This document shows positions 51,047 to 63,775 of a stretch of DNA of 64,000 nucleotides, one piece after another. A program made the position numbers and the translations under genes. This stretch comes from Octopus bimaculoides (taxonomy: Eukaryota): NCBI RefSeq assembly GCF_001194135.2, contig NC_068982.1, positions 104,908,991 to 104,972,990 on the forward strand, written 5' to 3'. How positions within the stretch are numbered: the stretch's first letter is position 1; the number at the start of each line of letters is the position of its first letter. Under the pieces are notes generated by a model, which made no database searches, was not told the origin of the DNA, and saw only the letters and a list, made by a program, of their open reading frames with translations.

Positions 51047-52066
51047 TAGATGGGCCTAAAATTTGCCTTACTGAGCCTGTTTAAAATCTCTAGAATGCGA
51101 ACTACAATAGATATAACTTTTATAGAGACAACTGACGCAAAGTACTTTACAGAATTTATACCAACTCATTCAAAAAGAATGAGTATGTTTAACAAGAGTT
51201 TAAAAGTTAATTAGTAGTATAACACAAGATGTATGCGAATGTAATAGAAAGAAAGAGAAGAATTTTAAAATGTATCATACATAGCAGATATGTATATATA
51301 TATACATAAATATGTATGTGTGTATGTGTATAATATGTGTATATATATATACACACACACATATACATGCACACCATCACACATACATATATACAGTTAT
51401 CATCATCATCATTTAGTGTCTGCTTTCCATGCTGGCATGAGTTAATATGGTTTAACTGGAACTGGTAAGTTGGATAGCTGCACCAAGTTCCAGTCTGATT
51501 TGGCATGGTTTCTACAGCTGGATGCCCTTCCTAATGCTATACATACATATATATATAAACACGCTTCTATATATAGACACACACACACATGATGAATGGA
51601 GATGATCGAGTTAAATTTTCCATGGTGAACCCTTACTTGCTTCTCTAATTCTCTATGAAAACATCTCTCGTAGTGTTGGAAATGAATGACACTCATTTAC
51701 AACTATCATGCGACATCAAGACAAAGACAAACATTTATTATATATATATGTATTTATAAGACAGGCTGCTTTCAGTTTCAGTCTAACAAATCCACTCATA
51801 AGGCTTTGGTCAGCCTAGGGCTATAGCAGAAGATACTTGCCCAAAGTGTCACACAGTGGGACTGATCCTCAAAACCCATGTGGTTGGGAAGCAAACTTCT
51901 AAACACACAACTACACCTATTATACATACACACATACATATATATATACATACACGCACTCATGTACATATATAAATACATATATTTACATATATATAAA
52001 TATAGATATACACAGATATGCATACATATATGGACACGTACATATGTACAATCACACACACATTGT

Positions 52067-52382
52067 TAGTAGTTCCTATATCTGAAAAAGAAGCGCATTC
52101 TAAAACATTAGAACAGTTATATTTTTTAGGAATGGCCAGTCAGAGAGTGAACATTGGTTTCACACCTATAAAACGCTTAGCCATATAGGTGACATCTTCC
52201 TCCAGTTGTAGAGAGGTTATGTACCTATGGCCATTTGAATCCGACAGGTTGCCTATACAGCGAAGTGCATTATAGGTGCGAAACCAATGGTCACTCTATG
52301 ACCAGCCATAACATTTATCTTCCTAAACATTACTGCTCTAATGCTTTAGAGTGTGATTCTTTTTTGGATATATGAATAACTG
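52067..52382. mobile_element. About 316-bp foldback MITE (probable Tc1/mariner superfamily)
   Basis: Left TATATCTGAAAAAGAAGCGCATTCTAAAACATTAGAACAGT pairs with the right arm (rc TATATCCAAAAAAGAATCACACTCTAAAGCATTAGAGCAGT). Inner AGAGTGAACATTGGTTTCACACCTATAA pairs with TTATAGGTGCGAAACCAATGGTCACTCT. The right end is ..CTG|TA. Confidence 0.75.
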
Positions 52383-52879
52383 TAGAATACCCATACAGAT
52401 AATTGGTTTTCAGTGGTGAAGGCTTGAGTAGGACCAACCACACTTTTTGGGAAATGTGGATTGCATAAAAGATGACACAAATGTTAGTGCATACATGAAT
52501 CTATATCTGAAGAATTACAAATGAAAGATGCTCAACATATTTCTACATGTATGTCTTATGAATTTATTATATCTATATTGTTATTATTGTTATCACCAGC
52601 ATTAATATTTGTATTCATTATATGTATTTCCCATATTGTAATGAAACACATGTGACATGATATTAAAATGACATCACATGTTCCAACCTTTGTTTTAATA
52701 GACAAATCCATTCACAAGTGTATTTTGCATATATGTATGTATGCATGCCTACATACATACACATACATATAATCTATGAATACATCAGCATCATTATTGT
52801 TATCATTTTAACATATAAGTTTCCATGATTAGATGAAACTCATTGAGGTAGTTTGCTGCACTTGAGAAGACATGTCAAA

Positions 52880-53200
52880 GTAAGTGAATAGTGTTTGTTG
52901 CCAGCGCTGGTGACATGTAAATTGGCATCTGTTCTGGTGACACGTAAAAGGCACCTGTGCCAACGACATGTAAAAGGTACCAGTGCTGGTGACATGTGAA
53001 AGGCACATGTGCCAGTGACAGGTGAAAGACATCCAGTACATTCTGTAGAGTGGCTGACTTTAAGAAGGGCATCCAGCTGCAGAAACCAAGCTAAAACCGA
53101 CAACTGGAGCCTAGTGCAGCTCTCCAGCTTAGCAGTTCTAGTCAAACCGTCTAACCCATGCCAGCATGGAAAACAGACATTAAATGATGATGATGATAAT
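52880..53200 (+). mobile_element. RTE 3'-tail-derived element with internal TG(G/A)CA(C/T)GTAAAAGGCAC repeats
   Basis: Shared tail AAGGGCATCCAGCTG..AGAAACC...CCCATGCCAGCATGGAAAACAGACATTAAATGATGATG. Confidence 0.75.
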
Positions 53201-53465
53201 GAAAGACACTCTTTGTCGACAATTACCTGTTTCCAAGCAAGGTGACATTACCCCTTGTCAACACATAACATCAAGGCATGGAAACACAATCACACACACA
53301 CGATAGGAACTTCTTTCAGTTTCTATCCACCAAATCCATTCCACAAGGTTTTCATCAACCTGAGCCTAAAGTAGAAAACATTTGACTAAGGTGCCACATG
53401 ATGTGACTCAATCCAACCACCCCATGGTTGGGAAGTGAACTTTTTAAATGTATAGTAATACCTAC

Positions 53466-53504
<39 letters not shown>

Positions 53505-53659
53505 AACACACATATATACGTAAGCTGTTTTCTCCTTTGAAAGACTGGGAGATATATTACCTTATTTGGAAAAAGGTGAGGGTTGGCAACATGAAGCGCA
53601 TCCAGCCACAGAAAGATGTCTCATCAAATTTCTTCTAACCCATGCAAGCATAAAAAATT

Positions 53660-53837
53660 GGATGTGAAAATGATATACATACACATATACACACACACAC
53701 ACATTATATGTATACATATATATATACACACATATATGCACATACATATAGTATATATATACATATATATACATTTAATTAGAGGGTATGTTAACCTCGT
53801 GAAGGGATGGCTGTCTGTATGTATATACATACACACA

Positions 53838-53881
<44 letters not shown>

Positions 53882-54200
53882 CAAATATATATGATGATGA
53901 TGATGATGATATATAGATACACACACATATATATATATATACATGTACACAAACACAGATATACATATACATAAATATATACACATACACACATATGTAT
54001 ATACATGTGTATATTTATGCACATACATACATACATACATGTATGTATAATTATACATGCATACACCACACACACATACACATATATATGTACGTTATAC
54101 ACACATCATTATCATCATTTAACATCCTTCTTCAATGCTGGCATGGGTTGGGGTATACATAACACAGACATACATATATACACGCACACAGTTATATACA
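53660..54200. repeat. Large (TA)/(CA)/(TACA)/(ATG) microsatellite field
   Basis: Direct read. Confidence 0.9.
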
Positions 54201-54677
54201 TGATATATATTCGTATGTATGTGTGTGTATTTGTGTGTAATTTTTTTCTCTATTTCATTTATCCGTTGTTCTCCTGGAGTTTTACTGTCTGGGCCATGGT
54301 GACATTTTTTTTTCTTTTTCCTTTATTTCCATTCCCTCTCATTTATTTATTTATTTATTTATTCTGTAAGCCTTTGTTTAATTTGCTTTTTGGATAATGT
54401 ATTATTTCAAGTGATCAAAATAATACCAAAATAAAACCAACTTAATACCAAAATATGTAAATATATATAGTTTTTGTATAAAGGATATTAAGTTGATATT
54501 AATAAGGATAACATTATATAATATAAAAAAATGAATAACTGATGATTTTTTGTCATCAACTTTTTTAATGAATTTTTGAATAATTCACATTATGTTATCA
54601 ACAGTCCTTATTATCAATGATTGCTCTCATCATCATCATAGACATCACTGCTATCATCATCATCATTCTAACCTTAC

Positions 54678-54813
54678 CTACTATCATTATCATCAGCGCC
54701 TTATTGGGTCATTAACCAAAAGAAAACCGGAGCATCTCCTCACTATCTCGCCCTTAATACTGAAGAAATTAAATACTTAGTACAAACTTCTAACTTTCTA
54801 TTGAAGAATTTGT
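54678..54813 (-). other. Candidate exon 3 of a minus-strand transcript (136 nt, probably non-coding)
   Basis: Acceptor TTATGTTTTTGTCTCGCAG| and donor TAG|GTAAGG. All three frames contain stops. Confidence 0.4.
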
Positions 54814-54987
54814 CTGCGAGACAAAAACATAACGCTTTAGTAGATTTGTGTGTGAGTAAATATAAATGTGTGTGTGTGCATGTGCACCAATATACGTGTG
54901 TATTTTTTTCATTCTCTCAGGGAAAAAAATGGAATAAGATACAACGTTAGCATCAAGTTGAAAGAGAATATAAAATAGGTTGCTTAC

Positions 54988-55218
54988 AGAACAAAGCAGG
55001 AATCATGTCTTTCGAGTTTGGCACAGTGCGACCGTAATAAGCTGCCAGTGTTGCTGCTGCCGCTGCTGCCGCCAGTGTTGTAGTTAATGTTGCTGCTGCT
55101 GCTGCTGTTGTTGCAACAGTCTTTGGGCTTAAAGTTGCATGTTCCCAACCATCACATCTTGCACATGGCACGTTCGCCGCCTTTTCTTCTTCTACAGCAA
55201 CACACATGCACACACAAC
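54988..55218 (-). other. Candidate exon 2 of a minus-strand transcript (231 nt)
   Basis: Acceptor CTATCTATCCCTCTGTAG| and donor TCT|GTAAGC. One frame is fully open and Ala/Thr-rich from (GCA)n. CpG-rich. Confidence 0.4.
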
Positions 55219-56263
55219 CTACAGAGGGATAGATAGATACGGACAGCAAGTTTAGCAATAATAACTCTGATAATAATAATAATAATAAATTAATGATTAT
55301 TGTTATTAATATTACTTAATTACGCACAAGGCCATGGATGTTTAAAAGGTTAGCAGTATGGGATACTTTAATGTCCGTGTCTTTGTCAAAGAAATTAAAG
55401 TCTAATATGAAATAGCGTTAACCGGGAACCGAAACCGAGTTGCAAACACTATTTTGCCGAGAGCATATGCCTCCAATAAATAACAATGTCTGTTAGACAA
55501 TAAGCCCTTGAGAGGAATAGTGGAATGGGGTGCATCTACAATATTTCTTAACAATCAATAAACAGTTGTCATTTCTTTTAAACGCAAGGCAAGAAGATGT
55601 TTACATTTTTATGGTGTTGTGACGTTCCTGTCTTTCCAGAGAGCACATTACCTAAAACGAAAGGAAATGAGATACTGTGGTGCTGATGCTTTCATAAAGA
55701 ATTTAACGTTAGTGAAATGATTCTAACTGGAAATCATAATCGAATCACAGATTCAACCCACCAGAGGTGATGGTCTCAGACTTTATCGACAATAATTCTG
55801 ATTTGTATTTAGACACAAAGCCATTTCCTTTGTATATTATTGTATAACATAAACTGTAACAATGAGCCGAGCCGTATTTTTGAAAGAGAGGAAGGGTATA
55901 CGGTTGATTACAGTATATTATTGGTATTTATGTATTGAAGTATTAAAACAGGTGAACGACCCCAACAGAGATTGAACCCGGAACAACTGGATTCACTGAG
56001 AGCCAATGTGAACACTCGACCCGTTAGAATCTCTCTCAAATCACATCTCACGCTCTTATAATAAGACAGGAATCGTTAAATAATGTAATCATATATATAT
56101 ATATATATATATATATANNNNNNNNNNNNNNNNNNNNNNNNNNNNNNNNNNNNNNNNNNNNNNNNNNNNNNNNNNNNNNNNNNNNNNNNNNNNNNNNNNN
56201 NNNNNNNNNNNNNNNNNNNNNNNNNNNNNNNNNNNNNNNNNNNNNNNNNNNNNNNNNNNNNNN

Positions 56264-56296
<33 letters not shown>

Positions 56297-56915
56297 ACTA
56301 AAAAGGTAGGATGGTCATGGCTGGAACGATATTGACAATAGGTCTGCTTAATAATAAGGCTGACTTAGGTTTTAAACATCAACAGCAACAATTGGATTCG
56401 GAAGCGTATTTAAATATTTGTTACCCTACTGTCTGCACAACCATCACCATCATCATCAACAACAACGCGAAGGACGGTAGTGATAAATAAATCCTTGTGA
56501 CTAGGCTGGTATAAGGTGAATTTTGTCAGATAATGGAATCGAATGGGTATATTACTGGTATATATCATATCTCGTGCAGAGATTATGAATGAAAAGTACT
56601 AATAATAATGATTTCTTCCATAGACACAAGAACTGGTATTTCTAAAAGAACATAAATGAGATGTTGCGGGGGTCATTCATTTCTCTGAGCATTAGCGGTC
56701 AAAATATAACGTGGTTCTAAAGAGGTTGATGTCTTTTTTCCAAAGAACAAGTCAGGCCAAAAGAACAACAAAAAACAAAAAAAGTGTGTGTGTGTCTAAG
56801 CAGACATGTGTATATATGTGTGAGCATATATGTATATATGTATGTGTGTGTGAGCATACATATGTATGTGTGTGTGTGCATATATATACATGCATACATA
56901 GTGCCAAAATCTTAC

Positions 56916-57320
56916 CAATTTTTTCTTCTTTAATTCCAGTATGATAAAAGAGGAAAACAAAGCAAATATAATATCCTAGGAGAGATGGAAGAAATATTCT
57001 CCACGAAAAATAAATAACAGAAAAACACACACGCACGCACACACACACACAAACCAACGTGCCGATGGTTTGCTACAGAATGATGATAGTTAAAAGACTG
57101 AAAGTATAGCTTCCCCACAAAAAAAAAAAAAAAAAAAAGAAAGGAAGAAAATGTAGACGATGTCGATAACAGCAGCAACAACAAACGGTTGTCTAATATG
57201 ACCAGGAATACGTGGGTTAGTGTTGTGAAAATACAACACTGAATCAGTCAGTATATTAGTTAAAGTTGTTGTTCATGTTGTTCCTTATGGAATAGATTTC
57301 TCATTCATAACGCGAGAGAG
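56916..57320 (-). other. Candidate first exon / 5' UTR of a minus-strand transcript (5' limit uncertain)
   Basis: Donor TTG|GTAAGA at 56915 and CpG-retaining, repeat-poor sequence. No TSS evidence is available. Confidence 0.3.
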
Positions 57321-57519
57321 AGAGAGTGGGAGACAGTAGAGTGTGTGTGTGAGTGTGTGTTGTATTAGTTATGTTCAGAGAAGTCCAGGCCATATGAACA
57401 ATGTGTGGTGTATGTTGTGTGTGTGTGTCAATGTTTTAGCATTTGTCTACCTATAAGTGTGAACGTTTACATTGAGAAGGAAAATAAAAACAATAACAAG
57501 TCAATAGAATCTTGTGGTT

Positions 57520-60500
57520 GTGGCAGCAGTTTTAGTGGTGGAGAGGTAAATCTGGAAATTTGGTGGTGGTTGCGCTAAAGGTAAAAGAGTGTTGGGGTTA
57601 CTGGGGGATGTTAATGTTGTGATAGAGGTGGAGTTTGTGGGTGGGAGGGAGAGGAAATGGTGGTGGTGGTGATAGTTGGAGTAGAGGTTGCGTTAATGGA
57701 GTTTCAGGTAACGGCGATGGTGATAGTTGGAGTAGAGGTAATGTAAGGGTGGCGTTAGTGGAGTTTGAGGTAATGGTGGTAATAATAGTTAGAGTAGAGG
57801 TAAAGTAGGTGCATTGTTAGTGGTGGTGTTAATGAAGTTTCAGGTAATGGCGATGGTGATAGAGTTGAGGTAAAGTAGGGGTGGCGTTAGTGGAGTTAGT
57901 GGTAATCGCGGTGGTGATGGTTGGAGTAGAGGTAACGTAGTGGTGGACTTAATGGGGGTAGAACTAATGATGGTGGTGATAGTTGGAGTAGAGGTAATGT
58001 AGGGGTGGCGTTAGTGGAGGTAGAGCTAATGGCGATGATGATAGTTGGAGTAGAGGTAATGTAGGAGTGGCGTTGGTGGAGTTAGGGGTAATGGTGGTGG
58101 TGACGTTTAGAGTAGAGGTAATTACAATGGTTGTATCTGGAGTAAAGGTAACATAGGAGTGGCATTAGTGAAGGTAAAGGTAACGATGGTGATGATAGTT
58201 GGAGTAAAGGTAATTGCAATGGTTATATTTGGAGTAGAGGTAATTACAATGGTTATATTTGGAGTAGAGGTAAGTGCAATGGTTATATTTGGAATAGAGG
58301 TAATTGCAATGGTTATATTTGGATTAGAGGTAATTGCAATGGTTATATTTGGAGTAGAGGTAATTGCAATGGTTATATTTGGAATAGAGGTAACACAGGG
58401 GTGGCATTAGTGGAGTTTGAGGTAATGACGGTGGTGATAGATGGAGTAGCAGTAAAGTAGAGGTAGTGTTGGTGGAATTTGGGGTAATGGTGGTGGTAAC
58501 AGGTAAAGCAGAGGTAATTGCAGTAGTTATATTTGGAGTTGAGGTAATGTAGAGTAACGTTATTGGAAGTAAAGGTAATGGTGATAGCTGGAGTAGAGGA
58601 AATGGATTGGTTATACTTGAAGTAGAGGCAATTTAGGAGTGGCATCATCGGTGGAGGTAGAGCTAATGGTGGTGGTGATAGTTGGAGTAGAGGTAAAGAA
58701 GAAGTGACATTAGTGGAGGTAGAGGCAGTGTAGTTGTGTTAGTTGTCACTGAGGCAATTTTGTGGCTGTAGCACTAGTAGAGGCAGAGTTGATATAATTT
58801 GGGGTTAGAGGAAGTAGAGGTGATATGTTGTGGACATGTTAGAGGAGTGGTGCTGCTTCTGGAGGTAGAGGTAACATGATAACTGTTAGTTTAAGTAATG
58901 TAGAAGTGGTGATATTAGTGGAAGAAGAGGTTATGTTGTTGTAGTGGTGTTAAAAGAAATAAATGTGATTTTGACAGCAATGGAGGAGATGAAGGTGAGC
59001 AATGTGATGATGGTGAATTTAATGGAGGCCAAGAGGTAATTTTGTGATGATGGTAGTATGGATGTAGAGTCATGAAATTGTGACATTTGTTGGGTGTTGG
59101 TGAAAGTAATGTGATAGCAGGAATGATAGTAAAGGAGAGGTAATGTGATGGTGTCTGTGGAAATAGAGGTAATGAAATGTTGGTTGGTTGGTTCAGTGGC
59201 AGTTGAAGGTAAACATTGGGCTGGTGCTGAGGTAAGGGAATGAAAATAATGTGATGTGGGTGGGTTAATGGAATTGGAGGTCATGGGCTACTGGTGATGG
59301 AATTTGTGGAAATGGAGATATAATATAGAGGAAGAGGTAACGTGGAAAATGGATGCTATGTGGTAGTATTAATGGAGAGGCAGTAATGTGATGATATTAG
59401 TTGAAATTTGGGTAATAGAAGTAGAGGTAATGTGGTAGTAAGATCAGAGGTAAAGGTAATATGGTGAAGGTAAAGTGATGGGTAGAGTTTGAGTTTAGGC
59501 AGTGGTGGTGTTGGTGGATGTAGAGACAATGTGGTTTTAATGTGGGTGGTGGTGGAGTTGGAGTTGGAGTTGGAGTCAATATGGTGGTGGTGTTGGTGGA
59601 GGTAGCGGTAATGTGGTGGTGATGGAGGTGGAGGTAATGTGTGAGTTGAGGTAATATGGTGGTGGTGTTGGTGAAGATAATGTGGAAATGGTGTTAATGG
59701 AAGTAAAGGTAATGTGGTGGTGTTGGTAGAGTTGGAGGTAATGCAGTGATGGTGTTGGTGGAGGTAAAGGCAATGTAGTGGGGGTATTGGTAGAGGTGGA
59801 AGTAATTTGGTGGTGGTATTGGTGGAGGTAATGTGTTGGTGTTGTTGCCTAATGTGGAGGTAATGCATTGGTGGTGTTGGTGGGGGAATGTGGTGGTAGT
59901 GTGGGTGGAGGTAATGTATTGGTGGTGGTGTGGATGGAGGTGGAGTTAATGCAGTGGTGGTGTTGGTGGAGGCAATATGGTGGGGATATTGGTGGAGGAG
60001 GTGGTAATATGTTGGTGGTATTGGTGGAGGTAATGTGTTGGTGTTACTGCTGGAGGTAGAGATAACTTATTGGTAGTGTTGCTGGAGGTAATGTAGTGGG
60101 GGTGGATGGAGACAATGTGGTGATGGTGTTAGGTTAAATAACGTGCTTGTGGTATCTGTTGAGATAACGTAGTGGTGTAAGTTGAGGTTGAGGTGATGGT
60201 GGTGATTGGTATGAGTAGTGGTGGGGATAAAGTAGTGGTATTAGCCATGGTAGAGGTAAAGAAATGGTGGTAGAGACAGTGTTAGTGGTGGTGGTGATGG
60301 TAATGGAAGTGTTAGTGGTGGCAGATGTGTTAATGTGGTGGTAGTATTTGCGTTAGGAAATAGTATTGGTAGTTGAGGCACAGGTGATGTGGTGGCGGTG
60401 ATGTTGACGATAGCAGTGGTGGTGGTGGTGGTGAAGGTAATTGTTGATGATGTTAATTATCGCAGAAGTAATAATGGTTTCATTGGGAAGTAAAGGTGAT

Positions 60501-60682
60501 GTGAGCACATGATGTTAATGGTACTGGAGCTAGCAGAGATGGTGTTGATGATACAAATGACATTGATGATGATGATGGTGGTGGTGGTGGTGGTGGCGAT
60601 GACTATGAAGGTAGTGTGCTAGTGGTGGCATTGGTGATGTTGATGCGATAACAGTACAGACAGCTGTGGTGGTGGTGGTGGT
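57520..60682 (+). repeat. About 3.1-kb G/T/A-rich, C-poor compound satellite
   Basis: A 62-bp unit (anchors 57964 and 58026), six 30-bp copies at 58201-58380 (GGAGTAGAGGTAATTGCAATGGTTATATTT), and shorter GGAGGTAATGTGGTGGT.. units at 59.5-60.1 kb. It ends in (GGT)n at a gap. Confidence 0.92.
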
Positions 60683-60831
60683 NNNNNNNNNNNNNNNNNN
60701 NNNNNNNNNNNNNNNNNNNNNNNNNNNNNNNNNNNNNNNNNNNNNNNNNNNNNNNNNNNNNNNNNNNNNNNNNNNNGGTAGCGATGTTGAAAAGAGAGGA
60801 AAGGGATCAACAGACAAATACTTCTGAAACA

Positions 60832-60863
<32 letters not shown>

Positions 60864-61033
60864 TACAAAGTTCTGGTAGTCTGTCTAGGGGAGAGAGAGA
60901 GAGATAGAAAGGGGGAATGGAATAGTAAGTGTGCCTATACAGGGAGCGGGGTTATCTTGTTTGAAAGACTTAGTCTAATTAGATCTCCACCCTTCCAACC
61001 CATCTTCACCTCCTTGATTTTTCTTTCTTTTCA

Positions 61034-61075
<42 letters not shown>

Positions 61076-61139
61076 AACGCACACGTTATTGTGTGCGTGT
61101 GTGTGTGTGTGTGTGTGTACTGTTCTTATTGTTGCTTGT

Positions 61140-61155
61140 ACTAGTATCATTATTA

Positions 61156-61188
<33 letters not shown>

Positions 61189-61353
61189 GTAGTAGTAGTA
61201 GTACAGTGAAGGATGATAGTGATGATGGTATTGATAATAATTGATGATGATATATGTATATATGATGATGATATAACGAGGCCAAGGAAAAAAAAAGAGT
61301 ATTAATGACGAAAATGGTTATGTCGTTAATAAGGATGCTGCTGCTGCTGCTGT

Positions 61354-61384
<31 letters not shown>

Positions 61385-61692
61385 AGGGGTATTGTTAATA
61401 ATGCCATTGTTGATGTTTATAGTCTTAAGTTAACCCTGATCGAGCAGAAAGAACTCTGTTGAGAAGCTTTCCAGGCGTGACCAGCCCTCCGTTTTCCTCA
61501 TGTGCAGGAAATTTAGCACTACATTATTTGATGTCTTTTTTTCTAAGACAGGAGGAGTAGGGGGGGTGTTTCAAGTGAGAGTTAGCTGCTCTTTCTAGCA
61601 GGTCGTTCCATTTGCTAAAAATAGCGCCTTCAATGGCTCGTCAATAATGATGACGACGATGATGATGATGGTAGGTTCTAAGGCAAAGACAA

Positions 61693-61745
<53 letters not shown>

Positions 61746-61830
61746 TTGATAGTGGTAATGAGGGTAATGTGTTGGTAATCAGGCGAAGGGTAGAGGTAAG
61801 TTGTGGTGGTGGGGTGATGATGGTGTTAGT
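61140..61830. repeat. Trinucleotide repeat cluster (ATT, AGT, GCT, GAT)
   Basis: Direct read. Includes a decayed interspersed repeat at 61420-61620. Confidence 0.85.
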
Positions 61831-62749
61831 ACTGGTGATAAAGAGTTAGATAAATGGGGGATGGAGATACCACCACCACCACACCCTGCCCATACAAGAA
61901 AAGAATACTGCTACTGCCATCTACAGTGAAGGTTTCTTGTTGCTAATTTACATTGCCAGAACTCAACTCGGTAGCCAAAATATATACACTACATTTACAT
62001 AGCTAGCTGTCAAATATAGACAGCAACATACACATACGAACATAACACAAGTCATACATACGTACCTTCAGTGTTCAAAATATCTATTTCACACACACTA
62101 ATATCCATTTATCTCACAATTACCTTCTTTCTTCGCTTGTACGTATTCTCTCTCTCATACACTTACACACACACACACACACACACACGCATAAAACCCA
62201 ACCATGCTTTCATCCAAAGTCCATTCATCTATTTTTTCCTCTCTATTTTCATACAGACTCAATACATTCACGTCTCAGTCCCTACAATCACCAATATACA
62301 TAATTTTTATAATTAATCTGAGAAAGGGGTTATGTCTATAGTCCTTTTTTCTTTAGGCTCTCTTTCGCCAAAAAATAAGGTTAACTTGGGGGAGATTAGC
62401 ATGAGTTTAATGCTCAGTTTGAACTGTAGCAGTTGAAAGTACCTCGTGTGCACATGTTCTTGCGCGCGCGCGCGCGGAGAACACAGGCGCACACTTTCAC
62501 ACATACGTATCATCAATACAATCATTTAACGTCTGTTTTCCATGCTGGCATGGACTGACCGGTTTGGTAGGATCTGGCAAGCTACAGGGCCACACCAAGT
62601 TCCAATGTCAACTCTGACATGGTTTCTACAGCTGGATGCCTTTCCTAATGCCAACCACTTAAGTGTGTACTGGCTGCTTTTTTTTCCATGTCGCCAGCAC
62701 TAGTGAGGTTGCCAAATAAGTTGCAAGACAGAAAAACAATGGGGAAATG

Positions 62750-62793
<44 letters not shown>

Positions 62794-63089
62794 GGACCCC
62801 TATAATTAAATAGAGTGGGTGGGTGAGTATTTGGGAGGGGTATGTAGCTTAATACCTGACATTGAAAGGTTAAAATGTGATAGAGGGACAAGTACAAGTG
62901 TCTTGCTATAAGAGGAGATACATGGCTACCCACATTATAAAGGGAGGGGTGGAAAGGAAGTAACTGTGATAGTGAGGGGAGCCAGAACAAACTCTCAAGA
63001 TACAAGAACGTGAACATAAAACAGAAGAAAGTGAGCATAACAAATATATTTCTCCTTCACACACACATACAATACAAATATATACCAGG

Positions 63090-63310
63090 CATAGAGTGGC
63101 AAGCTGGCAGAATCATTAGCATGTCAGAAAACCTGCTTAGCAGTATTTTGTCTGTGTTTATGTTCTGAGTTCAAATTCTGCCAAGGTTGACTTTGCCTTT
63201 CATCCTTTTGGGGTTGATAAAATAAGCACCAGTCAAGCAGTGGGGTCAATGCAATTGACTAGCCTTCTCTCCCAAAATCTCAGGCTTTATGCCTATAGTA
63301 GAAAGGAATA
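63090..63310 (+). mobile_element. SINE family B (CpG-decayed)
   Basis: GGCAAGCTGGCAGAATCATTAGC...GAGTTCAAATTCTGCC...TTTGCCTTTCATCCTTTTGGGGTTGATAAAATAAG...GCCTATAGTAGAAAGGA. Confidence 0.85.
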
Positions 63311-63504
63311 TCTACCAGGCTTACATTCCAATAATGTTCATATATTTCTTATTCTCAGGTTTTTGATCAACTCAGTTACTTTACTGTATTAGCATATAAG
63401 TGTCTGAGCATTCCTGTGCACCATTAATGTAATCTGTTGTATTATTACTAGTTCAGTCTGCCTGAAGGGCTTCCACATGGTTTCCATTTATTCAATTTCA
63501 TTTA

Positions 63505-63775
63505 CTTTTTATCTTTACTTCAGTCATTGAATTATGGCCATGCTAGAGCACTGCCTTGAAGGGTATAATTGAACAAATTAACCCAGTAGTTGGAACACAC
63601 ATATACACACGACATGCTTCCATGCAGTTTCTGTCTACCAAATTCACTCACAAGGCTTTGATTGGCTCAGGGCTATTGTAGAAGGCACTTGTTCAAAGTG
63701 CTGCACAGTGGAACAGAACCCCAATCCATGTGGCTACAGAGCAAGCTTCTTAACTATACAGCCATGCCTGCATCT
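63505..63775 (-). mobile_element. SINE family A (decayed, internally deleted)
   Basis: Tail, core and head motifs in reverse orientation. Confidence 0.75.

Larger units (their letters stand above)
54600..57320. promoter_or_regulatory. CpG-retaining (putatively unmethylated) region
   Basis: By eye I count 9 CpGs in 54961-55260 and 7 in 55261-55560, versus none in 42781-43380. Confidence 0.45.

Noticed and set aside
54697-54950. Alternative plus-strand exon pair (54697-54851 and from 54921) encoding PYWVINQKKTGASPHYLALNTEEIKYLVQTSNFLLKNLSARQKHNALVDLC|GKKWNKIQR*
   Set aside because: The first acceptor is weak (CATTATCATCAG), no homology was recognised, and it overlaps better-supported minus-strand splice sites. 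It is not excluded, and stranded RNA-seq would decide.
58159-60059. His/Thr/Pro-rich or Val/Gly-rich ORFs as a mucin-like or structural protein exon
   Set aside because: They derive from the satellite. The 62-bp unit is not a multiple of 3, frames break repeatedly, and no splice boundaries were found.
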